From: Trichoplax adhaerens
Taxonomy: Eukaryota > Animalia > Placozoa
Direction: 5' to 3'
Length of the DNA: 64,000 nt
Assembly (NCBI RefSeq): GCF_000150275.1
Contig: NW_002060958.1
Span: 1,382,088 to 1,446,087, forward strand
Below the pieces are notes generated by a model, which saw only the letters and a list, made by a program, of their open reading frames with translations, made no database searches and was not told the DNA's origin. The translations under genes and the position numbers were made by a program. This document shows, piece after piece, positions 41,965 through 53,154 of the stretch. The first letter of the stretch is position 1. Every line of letters begins with the position of its first letter.

Positions 41965-43386
41965 TTAATTATCACGCAGGTAAGCCGGTAAAATAGTATA
42001 GATTATACTATGTAAATTTTGAGCTAGCAACTGACAGTATTCACGTCTGAATATTGAGCTTAGTTGGATTCCCAAATTAACTTCTAATTTTTCATGAATT
42101 TCGTTAAATTTACCTGTTTTGCGATCTAATTGCAGGTATTCCGCAATTTTCGAAACATTGATGACTGTGGCCATTCGCAACTCATCCCATAGCTCCGCAT
42201 TAGCGGCAAACTTTAAGGTCTTTATTTTCTTATGCCTAACATTGCTTATTCTCTTAGTACAGGCTTTCTCTACTATTACAGCACCACTTGTTTCTTCTAG
42301 TTTTATAAGTGGAGATTCATCAGTTATAGTATTTAGCCTTTGGGCAAGAAGTGCTTCCGTGCATTCAGAATTATTTTTCGCGATCGAAATTCGAACATCA
42401 TTTCCTCCAGTAGGATCTTTGATATCCAGTTTTAAATAAGCTATGTCTTCCTTGCTACTTATTAGATTCATTTGGCTATCATAGTCTATATAACTACGAA
42501 TTTTGCTGTCTTGAGTGACAAACGAGATTCTAAATGTTTCCCATTCTTCATCTAAAACCAAGGATGAGCTTTTATCTAGGCTGTCATATTTACATGGATA
42601 CTTATTGTAGATGGGAAAGAAAGCAGTTTTAATACGACATATTCGCTTTCTTTTAGGATTACTACTGTTAGCTGAAGGTGACATCCAATTCAGATGCTGT
42701 TTCAATTGTTGATGTGACATTCGATCAACATATGGTTCTAGATTTGTTATATAGAAACAACCGTAACAAACTTTGATGAACATTTGGTCCATATCTGAAG
42801 GATCGATGCACTCAGTCATAACATTATCAATCCATTGCTGGAATATAGCGGAAAATTCTCGGATTTCTTTCCTGTCATCATTTTGAAATTGCGAAATATA
42901 AGGAGTATAATATATTATTTCATCACCGTCAGTACCATAACAAGCATCTAAATGCTTTCTAAATTCTACTATTTGGTCATCTGAGCAGGAACCACGCAAT
43001 CTAAACAATTTCCACGCTTTTACTTTTTCATTATGTGATCTTCGGTTACTTAAGCATTTGTTGCCACGATTTTGCCTAGATCCATTATTGAAAGCATTTG
43101 AATTGAAATTTTGATTGCGACTAAAGTTTTGTTCGCCACGATGGCTTCGACTTGAAGAATCATTATTTCGGTAACTACTATGATGATAGTTTTTACTATC
43201 TTGTGAATTAAAATTTCGGCTGTAATTAGGTGTTCTCCTGGTGTTGTTAGTTTGTCGTTGATTGCTATGTGGAGGGGCACTGTTACTAGCAGATTTTGGT
43301 AGTTTGATATTCTTTATTCCATCAATGCATTCATCGAAAGATTTTTCGTAACCATTGCCATCATTCTGATGTGAGCTGGAAGCCAT
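41965..43386 (-). CDS. Intronless 473-aa protein: N/S/R-rich disordered N-terminus plus one copy of the unnamed domain (possible CYTH/triphosphate-tunnel-like fold)
   Basis: Long ORF in AT-rich DNA, collinear with the three repeats of the 1290-aa protein and with the pseudogene at 35359. Confidence 0.9.
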   Translation of the reverse strand: MASSSHQNDGNGYEKSFDECIDGIKNIKLPKSASNSAPPHSNQRQTNNTRRTPNYSRNFNSQDSKNYHHSSYRNNDSSSRSHRGEQNFSRNQNFNSNAFNNGSRQNRGNKCLSNRRSHNEKVKAWKLFRLRGSCSDDQIVEFRKHLDACYGTDGDEIIYYTPYISQFQNDDRKEIREFSAIFQQWIDNVMTECIDPSDMDQMFIKVCYGCFYITNLEPYVDRMSHQQLKQHLNWMSPSANSSNPKRKRICRIKTAFFPIYNKYPCKYDSLDKSSSLVLDEEWETFRISFVTQDSKIRSYIDYDSQMNLISSKEDIAYLKLDIKDPTGGNDVRISIAKNNSECTEALLAQRLNTITDESPLIKLEETSGAVIVEKACTKRISNVRHKKIKTLKFAANAELWDELRMATVINVSKIAEYLQLDRKTGKFNEIHEKLEVNLGIQLSSIFRREYCQLLAQNLHSIIYTILPAYLRDN

Positions 43387-45711
43387 TTCTGCGTGTAAGA
43401 TAGTTTTTATAGTAGATAGTAGCCAATATGGAAATTCTTTGGCAATTATAGCCTAAGCCTAACCGCGGATTTACATATGCCTGTTAGAAAAAATGATGAC
43501 ATTGGTATGATCGATTTTCCGTGATTATAGTCTGTATTTATTCAACACAGCTGGGGTGCACTAATTTATTCATTCAACTATTATACATTCTATCCATGAA
43601 AGAATTGGTTATTGTTATAATTGATGTAATAATAACGCAGACTAAATTTATTTCCCTAGTTACTAGTATGTCAGCAGCTATACTTCTACAGATTATAATA
43701 CCAACTAATCAAACTTACTGATGTCTCATGGTTCAATTTCTCAACACGACCAGTAAAGTTTATGAATAGTGTTTCCTATAGGAAAGTATCATAACACTAT
43801 ATTACTTTTTATCTCTAACTCATATAGAATTGCTCTCATTAATTTATATCCAAACTGACGACGAAATCACATGAATAGGTTAGACGTAGGCATCCAATCG
43901 GAGATGATAAGCTACGCAAAGATTCACGAAATGCAAAATTGATTTAAAATGATTGTGGCCGAAAAATTCTATTTACTTAATTGATATAAGAAATCATTAA
44001 GAATCACAATTAACGCTTTTAGTATAAACATAGCAGTAAATCTTTCTAATAATAAAACAAATATTTTTTCTTCGTGCATTAACTAAACAGTTGTTACTTA
44101 ATATGTCCGACAGAATTTCTATCTATAACCACTTATTAAAGCAACACACCCAATATCGCAAAACTACAAATGTTACCCTCTAGGCTACTACAGAAATACT
44201 ATATTCTACCGTACTACTATCGGAATATTAGTAAGGATAAAGACCATTGCGTTACAGTCACTTCATAACATATGGGTTACAAATCGAAATTTATAACAAG
44301 AAAAAGTTAAACTACTACAGAAAACTAGTACTATAAGTCTATTATCAGATTTGTCTTCCACGACTTCTACCAGCAGTACAACTCTAAATAATAACAATCT
44401 CCTATCGTCATGAGAAATAGTAACTCTATCAGTCTCTTTTAGACAAAATTGAAACCAAACTTTATTGAAAAGTCAAGCAACAGATAGTAAATCGACGTAA
44501 ACATTTAATGTTTGTAGATAATATTCTACAGCAATGTAGATATCTATTAAAACGTCATAGATAATTTATTACTAATACATTCCTAGATAAGTTATCTTAT
44601 GGAAATTATGTTACGACAGTGATACAAAAGTTACTACTTAACAATAAGAAGGAAACAATATATGTGTTTGCTTAATCTGCTTTATGTCGGAAATTAATGC
44701 AAATTATGCTTACTCTTGCATAGTTTCAGTTATGACATCATGCAAATGCGGAAGTAAAATCTTACTACTTATTGAGAAAGCACGTAGCACCTACGTTGGG
44801 TACTACTATCGAAGCATTAACAATCTGTAGTAATTTCAGCTAATTACAGTAATTTTGTGTAGGCAATACAGCGATAGTATGTACACAATTATAATTTAAT
44901 CACATATTTCAAAGCAAAGTCGGTTTTGGATTCTAATTAGTTAAGCTGCCTTCTTAGTTTAAAAATAGTTTCCGCAAGTAATGACTTTGAACCAATTACT
45001 GAGGAAATTGAGTCAAATACTAACAGTATTAGAGTTTATTTGCAATATGTTGAGTGTTTACCACTAGATATTAAATAGAAGCAAAAATTCCAGTTGTAGT
45101 AACTAATAGGCAAGAAAGCAGCCAAGATTAAACTTCAGCATAAACGAAAAATAGATTTGCTCAAAAATAAGAATTGAAGTTTATTTCATAAGAATAGAGT
45201 TTAAGTACAAACCAGAACGTTAACTGTTAATTTACGATATTTAACTTTACGTACAATGTTCACCGCATGAATTTGCCATCGTGTTTCAGCTAGCGTTGAG
45301 CTATTAAATTATCATTTAAGACAATATCAACTAATACATTTCGTAGCAATTAATTCTGATACGTTTTGTTATTTCGTATAGAACTGTATTATGCATGATC
45401 AGACTTTGTAGATATTTGGGACAAGTTATAATCTATATTTACTCTATATAAAAGTGAGGAATTTGTTGTTGGCATCACTTTTTACGTATCATGTTCTAAC
45501 TTGACTATCTTAGCCTTTCAAGGATTGATAGTAAAGGCTTAAATTGCTTATTTATTTTTCTGTTAAGTAATGGATAAATAGCTGTCAGATGAAATTATGA
45601 TTGGATTATGTAAATACATATACCCGTACCTTTAATTTATAATAACTATAAATTATATGTGATTCATGACAATCCATTAAAGGATAGTGTTTCATGGCCT
45701 ATTATTGACCA

Positions 45712-48700
45712 TTATTGACTACTTAAATATCTCGGTAAAATTGTAAACATTAATTTGTGTAAATTTTCTGCTAATAACCGACAGTTTTCTTGACGTATCA
45801 TCGAATCCAATTGAAATCTGATGTTGACTTCTACTTTTTCATGCCTTTCATGAAATCGACCACTAGATCGATCTAACATGAAATATTCTACAACATCAGC
45901 AATTCTGACGGTAATTGCTTGTCGTAATTTATCCCACAACGGGACATTATCCGATAACTTGAAATGTCTTGCTTTTTTGTGTCTAACGTTATATACAAAG
46001 TCTGTATATACCTTTCCTACCATGACGTGATCAGTATATCGATCTCTAGTTAAAATGGCAGGCTCATCTGCTTCCATTTTGAACATCTTTGAGGAAAGTT
46101 TCTCATTTTCAAATTCATTATTATGAATAGAAATTCGCGCATCTCGTCCTTTACCGGAATTTTTGATATCTAGTTTTAAATACGTTTTATCTTCGTAATT
46201 AGCTATCAATTCCATCTGATCGTTGAAATCGGCGTAATCTAAAATTTTGCTATCACCAGAGTTAAAGGCAATTCTATATGTTTCACCGACATGATCCAAA
46301 ACTAACGCTCCACTTTTAGCTATATCATCGTCATAATTTTCGTAGGCAGGGTAAAAGCCCGTTCTTATCGTACGATGGAATTCATAGGAATTCTTCTTCT
46401 TCCTACGAGGTGGGAGCATAATCTTAAGTAGGTCTTCTTTAAATTCTTCAACTGTCATTCTATACGTGTATGGCTTTAGTTCGGTTAGGTAAACGTGACC
46501 ATAGCGAAGTTTCATATAAAATTTGGGTAGTTTTGAAGCAATAGCATAATTTCTCTCCGCTGTACTAATCCATTTCTGGAGCTTGTTCGATAACTCGTTA
46601 ATTTCTTCATAATCAGTATTATAATTATACGTGATATGTGGTGCGTAAAACGGATTACTATTATTCGCTAAAGCTCTATAATATCTATCCATTCGATAAC
46701 AGGCATCCTTATCATATTCATGAAATTCTACTATTTGATAGTCCATGTAAGAATGACGCAATAAAAGGAACTTAATCTTTGTATTGTTACGTCTGCGATT
46801 AGAAGGGCCTCTATTCCCGAAAAGTTTTCGAAATTTGTTCTTGAAGACACTTCGATAATACTGATTGCTACGTAGAGTTCGTTTTACCAAATATTCTGGC
46901 AATATTGTAAACATTATCTTGTGTAAATTTTGTGCTAACATGTGGCAATCCCCACTTTGCAGGATTGAATTTAATGGCATCTTAACGTTCAGTTCTTTAC
47001 TTGTAAATGATTTCTTAAATCGGCCAGTACTTTTATCTAATTGAGAATAGTTTGTAGTATCTGTAACCTGTATAATAATTAGCTGTCTTAGATCCTCTGA
47101 TAAATCTACTTGTGCCGAGAACTTGAAATATTTTGTTCGGTTGCGCCTAACATTTCGAATATACTCCGTATATGCCTTTCCCACAATGATGTCGCCAGCA
47201 GTTTTATCTCGTGTTATGATTGGACACTTATCTATAGCTATATCTTGCCATTTAGATGGAATATCTTGTGTATTCTGATAGTCATTTCCAATGAAAGAAA
47301 TTCGAAAATCTTTTCCATAGCCAGAATTTTTAACATCAAACTTTAAGTATGTTCTATCTTCGTTATAAGATATTAACTCTATCTCGTCGTTAGCGAATTT
47401 ACAATCGGCATAAGCACAAATTCTATAGTCATCGATATCGAAGGCAATTCTGAATATTTCCTCTTCATGATCCAAAACCAATAATGGCTTCTCTTGCAAA
47501 TCAGCGTAGTCGAGTAGATCTTTATGACAGTTAGAAGTAAAACCGGTTAAGATGCGATTATCAGGATTTACTTGACGACTGTTTAGACGTTCTTTAAATT
47601 GAGTAATTGGCATTTCTGTAACGAACGGTTGTAGTTTTGCTAAGTACATACGACCACATCGAATGCTAGCGTTTAAGTTGTCAAATACTGAAGGATCACT
47701 GCATTCTGCCACAACTTTACCTATCCATAGCTGGAACATTGTCGATAATTCCTCGATTTCATCATTGCAAGTATCAGGTGTAGGTAAAATCCGAGAATAT
47801 GGTAAAGGCCTGCTGCTACTATTTAATGGCTTATAATTTATTTTGAAATTGCAGCCAAAACCTTCACGCTCATAAAATTTTACTTTCTGACTATGCCCAG
47901 AAGAGTGACGTAGTAATACTAATTTCCATGTTTTGAATTGCTCGTGAGGTAGCCTACCGTTTAATAATTTCATTTTCCCATCATCCTGTCGATAACCGTG
48001 TTTAGACATTTTAGGGTTCCAATTTCGACTCCATTTCACTATTTGATGGCCATATTGATTTAGCTTTACAAAGTATTTAGGCAAAGTGATGAAAATTAAC
48101 TTGTGCAAATTTTCCGCAAATAGCGTCAAGTTTTCAAGCCGTAGTATTGAGTTTAATTTAATTCTAATATTTATCTCTGCCTTATCAAGTCGTCGATTAA
48201 ATCGACCGATCTTTCGATCTAAGTAAGAATATTCGATGATATCTGAAGCTTCGATGACGATATTCTGTCGTAGAGCTTCCCATATTTCGACATCTTTGGA
48301 TAATTTAAAAAATTTCGTCTTCTTACAACGAACATGACGAACGTCGCCATATTCTTTTGCTACAACGATATCATCAGTATCTCTATTATATTGTAGAATA
48401 GGAGTAGATTTTTTTATCGTAGTATTTTTTCTATACCCTGCGACAGTTTCCGTCCCATTTTGACAATTATTACCAGTAATGGAAATCTGGACATCGGGAG
48501 AACATGGAGAATTTCGGATGTCAAATTGTAAATAAGTCATGCTATTATCTTTACGTATCAATTCCATTCGATTATTATAGTCAGCCTGCTGGTATATTTT
48601 GTTTTTATCATAACCTGAAACGACTGTAAATGTTTGTTCTTCGTTATCCAAAATTAATGGTGGATTTCTTTCTAATTGATCGTACTTAGGCAAATAATTA

Positions 48701-49584
48701 TCATTAATAGGAGAAAAGCCAGTTGAGATGCAAATTCTCCGTTTCATTAAAGGATTATTGCCGTGAGCTGATGGCGAAATCTGATTGAGATGTTTCTTAA
48801 AATCCGGAGCTGGCATTTGATCGACAAACGGTCTTGGAACATCTACATAGACCAAACCATATCGAATATTGGCGTTTAAATGATTAAATGTGGAATCAGT
48901 AATCTTCCCCTTGATTTCAGTTAGCGATGACTGGAGCATTACTGATAAATCATTTATTTCATCTTGATTACTAGGACAGATAGGAGAAAGATGTGGAATA
49001 TAAAATGGTTCGCTACCACCTGATGATTTACTGATGGTATCCATACCATAACCAGAATCATTGTAAGTTCGAAGTTCTACCGTCTGCTTATCCCCATATG
49101 AATGGCGCAAAAAAAATAATGATTTGGGAGACTGGATTTCATCTCGAGATCGACCAACTTTTGTGTTGTAATTTTGTCTGGAATCATTATTAGAAAAATC
49201 GGAATTAAAACTTGGATTCCGATGAAAAGTCCGACCGCCACTTTTTTTCCAGCTTGATCGATCGTTACTCGGAGCACGATCTCGCTGTTCATGATAAGTC
49301 GAACTTGTTTTCAAATTTGTATTCCCATCAAGTAGCGGATTTCTACGTTGTCTCCAGTTCGAAGAATCGGACCGACTGGGGTTGGCATTATCGTAGAAAT
49401 TGGTGGTAGCCCCTGGACGCTTACCAGAGCCTCGTTCACTATTTTGCTTGCTTCGTTCATAAGTCGGAGCAAAGCGATGTCGACTAGTCGGTTGAGAAAA
49501 TGTTGAATCCGGTTTGTTATTAGCTCTATGATTTAAAGACCTTTCAGAGGAACTTTCCTCCCCGTGAGGTATCTTGGAGGCCAT
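45712..49584 (-). CDS. Intronless 1290-aa protein: R/S/N-rich N-terminus plus three tandem copies of the unnamed domain (~49125-48070, ~47935-46890, ~46780-45712)
   Basis: LRHS, IR(Y/C)G, TGF, LVLD..E..FRI, YLK.D.KN...D.RIS, VR.KK, LDR..GRF and NLHK..F..LP.Y each occur three times. Confidence 0.93.
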   Translation of the reverse strand: MASKIPHGEESSSERSLNHRANNKPDSTFSQPTSRHRFAPTYERSKQNSERGSGKRPGATTNFYDNANPSRSDSSNWRQRRNPLLDGNTNLKTSSTYHEQRDRAPSNDRSSWKKSGGRTFHRNPSFNSDFSNNDSRQNYNTKVGRSRDEIQSPKSLFFLRHSYGDKQTVELRTYNDSGYGMDTISKSSGGSEPFYIPHLSPICPSNQDEINDLSVMLQSSLTEIKGKITDSTFNHLNANIRYGLVYVDVPRPFVDQMPAPDFKKHLNQISPSAHGNNPLMKRRICISTGFSPINDNYLPKYDQLERNPPLILDNEEQTFTVVSGYDKNKIYQQADYNNRMELIRKDNSMTYLQFDIRNSPCSPDVQISITGNNCQNGTETVAGYRKNTTIKKSTPILQYNRDTDDIVVAKEYGDVRHVRCKKTKFFKLSKDVEIWEALRQNIVIEASDIIEYSYLDRKIGRFNRRLDKAEINIRIKLNSILRLENLTLFAENLHKLIFITLPKYFVKLNQYGHQIVKWSRNWNPKMSKHGYRQDDGKMKLLNGRLPHEQFKTWKLVLLRHSSGHSQKVKFYEREGFGCNFKINYKPLNSSSRPLPYSRILPTPDTCNDEIEELSTMFQLWIGKVVAECSDPSVFDNLNASIRCGRMYLAKLQPFVTEMPITQFKERLNSRQVNPDNRILTGFTSNCHKDLLDYADLQEKPLLVLDHEEEIFRIAFDIDDYRICAYADCKFANDEIELISYNEDRTYLKFDVKNSGYGKDFRISFIGNDYQNTQDIPSKWQDIAIDKCPIITRDKTAGDIIVGKAYTEYIRNVRRNRTKYFKFSAQVDLSEDLRQLIIIQVTDTTNYSQLDKSTGRFKKSFTSKELNVKMPLNSILQSGDCHMLAQNLHKIMFTILPEYLVKRTLRSNQYYRSVFKNKFRKLFGNRGPSNRRRNNTKIKFLLLRHSYMDYQIVEFHEYDKDACYRMDRYYRALANNSNPFYAPHITYNYNTDYEEINELSNKLQKWISTAERNYAIASKLPKFYMKLRYGHVYLTELKPYTYRMTVEEFKEDLLKIMLPPRRKKKNSYEFHRTIRTGFYPAYENYDDDIAKSGALVLDHVGETYRIAFNSGDSKILDYADFNDQMELIANYEDKTYLKLDIKNSGKGRDARISIHNNEFENEKLSSKMFKMEADEPAILTRDRYTDHVMVGKVYTDFVYNVRHKKARHFKLSDNVPLWDKLRQAITVRIADVVEYFMLDRSSGRFHERHEKVEVNIRFQLDSMIRQENCRLLAENLHKLMFTILPRYLSSQ

Positions 49585-49675
49585 TTTCTAGGAATAGAAT
49601 AATCTTTTAATCAAACTGTGATGTTTCAGAAAGTTGAGAGTTCGGCATTAGTCGCAATAAAGTACACGTATGAGT

Positions 49676-50018
49676 AACGACGTAACCAGTCGAATAACTA
49701 TAGTAGTATAGAATAACACTACCAGGACTAACGAATGAGATAGATGAAAGAAGATAGCTTTTGTAATGTTAAGACACAGCAGGAAGAAATTACTTCTAGG
49801 CACGGATGATTCATAATAATATGTTACTTTTATGGAAGGGTAATGCTAACGACATAACTAGTCGAATAACTATAGTAGAATAGAATAATACTACCATGAC
49901 TAACTAATGAGATAGATGAAAGAAGATAGCTTTTGTAATGTTAAGACACAGTAGGAGGAAATTACTTCTAGATACGGATGATTCATAATAATATGTTACT
50001 TTTATGGAAGGGTAATGC
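49676..50018. repeat. Two near-identical tandem copies of ~171 bp just upstream of the 1290-aa gene
   Basis: taacgac...gtcgaataactatagtag...ttttatggaagggtaatgc at 49676-49846 and 49847-50018. Confidence 0.95.
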
Positions 50019-51139
50019 TACGGCATAATCTAGCTAGAGTCTAAGACATTTCCACCGTGTAAATTGCTAAATAGAAGTATCGCAATCGAGATTCCAACAT
50101 AAAAATTAACGAGATTCTTTCCTCTAAAGTAGTCTTAACTATCTAAGAAACTAACTCTAAGTACTCTTTAATCTACCAAACTTAGATTCGAGTCTCAGAA
50201 GATAGAATACTCACGCTAAGAATCAAAACTTTATTCTAAAAGCTATGGATTAAAAATGTCCGATTGAACTCACAACTTACAATCTACTGCTAACCACCGA
50301 TAACCATCCGTTATCAACTAACTTATTAACTCCCTCAATTAAGAACTTTGAGGCTTTTCTATAGCCTCACAAACTTTGTCGATGCAATACGATAATAAAT
50401 TTATAGCCAAATCTGCATGCTAAATATACCAAGAATCACAACACACTTTCTATGACATTTAATATTAGTTAATTAATGGCTAGGTGTTAGCGTATGATTC
50501 ATTACTCAACAAAATTATATCATTGATGACGAAATTATTAATTAATTATCACAATAAGTTAAGCATATTTAGAGTTATATAACCTTCTAGTGGATATTCC
50601 GTTTCTCTAAAAATGGACTATACCGTGTTTAGAAGTAAACACTACACAAACGATTGCTGAAGATCCTGCCTATTCTGATATTTCAGTGTACAATATTGCT
50701 TGTTTTATTCTAGTCCTTGCAAAATTATTTTAGAGCTGCAAAACTGCTGACTCAGCAAAAATTTACTTTCAATGTCACGATTCATTCCTTCCGTTCTATT
50801 GATATAATTATGTTTGGGAAAACAATCTTATTAGACTGATGAATAGAGTAACTATTGGTAAACTACCCTATCTAAATAATTTGCTTCCAAGAACAATTTT
50901 AAATGTAAAGGAAGCGTTTTCAATCTTACAATCCGCTCATGAGATGGGATGAAAGTCGGAATGACTATCCCAGAGTAAATACTATGGTTTAACTTTGTAC
51001 TATGATCTATTCATTATGAAATTGTTCGTAATGAATGAAGTGTAGTATAAGAGTTAGCCGATTGCGGAAGTAATATTGCAGAATCAATAGCTGAACTTTG
51101 GACTATAATTTATTTATAATAGAAGTGATCACGGTTAAT

Positions 51140-51420
51140 GGACGATTAGAATTAGCTGATGGGTGTTGTTGCGAAAGGATATTGGCCAAAATGAAATCGT
51201 TGAAGGCTTTGATAAAAGAAGTATTTAACGACATAAGATCCAGCATACTTGATGCTCCATGTAGACGTGTTATTAATCCAAACAAAAACTATATTAACAT
51301 GCACGATATTACATCAAGTTAATGTATATGTTTCATATTCTTCAATGATATTTTACAATTTGTAATACTCTACAAAATTTTCATCATCCGACAACAACAA
51401 TTTAAAATTCTCCGCAAGTA
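51140..51420 (+). mobile_element. Possible degraded Helitron/PIF1 helicase segment
   Basis: LIKEVFNDI...RRVINPNKNYIN resembles the LI..VFP.I...RAIL.P.N..V..IN region of Helitron helicases; same strand as the CTAG end at 52657. Confidence 0.35.
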
Positions 51421-52584
51421 TTAATTACGAAAGATTCGGAATAGAACATAGTTTATTACGAGTTTTCGTTACTTAATTTCTACAACTACAGATTACAACT
51501 TTCATGATTAGGACAATTCTGACTGCATTGATGTGCTTATTATTGCGTGAATACTTAGCATGTTACGACTTCAAAAATCATAAACTAGAATTGCTGCATC
51601 ATATCAACTTGCTTGCAAGGCACGATATACAAATGTATTTCAGTAATAAATATAGCTTCCAACGATACTAGAATTAGTAGATTCTTTGCCTTAACAGAGC
51701 TATACTTTTATTTGTTACTGCTAACTTTAAATAACTCAAAGCTATTAATAACGGCTGGTAGAATAACCTCCACATTACAACATTATTTATGCTATCATTG
51801 CTTCTACAATACTGTCATGAAAGTAATCTTCGTGACGTATACTTTATTTCTATGCTACGTGTCACAACCCTCACTTGTGGCAAAGGAAAGTAAAGAACTC
51901 TAGTGTAGTTACTTAAAACTTGGGCTATTTCTCCCAGTACTTTCAGTTTCTATGAGAGAAGTATTTGAGAACTCGATTTCTCGGCTGATCTCCACAGACA
52001 ACTGACTAATTATTACACTATTCTTCACGATATGAGTCTTGCCGTTTCTTGAGCAATTACTTTCTTTATTCTACAAACATACGCGCTTAAATAGGTTTCT
52101 ACAGTGAATTCCAATATTAACGAGTGAGAATTCATGCTTTACAAGTTACATTAATTAGTATAATACCGTTACTAAATATACATGTCGATATTCTCAGACT
52201 TAGATAGCTACAAGCTATCAGGTGTTAAGACGCTTAATCTTCGTCCATATACAGCTCAATTTTTAGAGATTAACACACCTTATAAACCTACAGTAAATTA
52301 ACTGCTAACAACTTCCATTTTTATCTCATTTCTACCATCCTATTATCAGCTACAAGCGCATTAAAACATAGCACATAACCTTATCTTATCTATTCATAAG
52401 CTTTCATTAATTTGCAGTTACTTAATTAGTAACGGCGTACCGTGACATACGTTCTATATGTGTTTATATCTCAGAAATGTTTTTACGGTCTCCATAATTG
52501 TTATTCTAGTGGTTAACAGTTGATATCCTTGATTTAAGATTGTATACGGTATAAAGCTACTGAACCTCTGACAGGTCTACGACA

Positions 52585-52657
52585 AATGGTAATATACTAT
52601 CTGTTAAATGAGCACATTATCGTAAACCTTCAGCAAAGCGACGGGAGTTTGCACTAG
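52585..52657 (+). mobile_element. Helitron-like 3' terminus
   Basis: ccttcagcaaagcgacgg degenerate hairpin, 9-nt spacer, CTAG|T; second copy at 34477-34557. Confidence 0.6.
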
Positions 52658-53154
52658 TAATCCTTAAGTTTAGAAGAAATGTTTTTAAGAGGATAGCTTT
52701 ATACGTATCTGTTAAACTATTAATAAGCATTGATTATTTTAATACTATTGCAGTAAATTAATAGAATTAGACTGTATCTAATCCGTACAGATGGAATCTC
52801 TTTAGGGTATTAATTTGGTTAATTTCTAATAGATGAAGTGACTTGCGTAGCAAAACCGGTTTTAGGTCCGAAACCTATATAAACCGTGAGTTCGCCGACA
52901 ATAAATTAGATTGTGGTTTTCTAGTGAGTCTTGAAGGTCTCCCTACGTTAAACCCTATCTGTCTGGAATACCAATTGTCTGGTATTACACATAACAGTTG
53001 TAAAGGGTAGAAATTACTCTCAATGCTTGTTGCAAGTTAGGGCTATTCCTAGCTCGTAACAAATACAAAATCTAAAAAGGACAATTCTAAATTTAACTTT
53101 TACCAGACCGTTTTTCACTTCAAGGATTAATTCATTAATACATTAATTTGCATG

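Noticed and set aside
42119-49409. Small ORFs overlapping the 473-aa and 1290-aa genes
   Set aside because: Antisense or alternative-frame by-products of long coding sequences.
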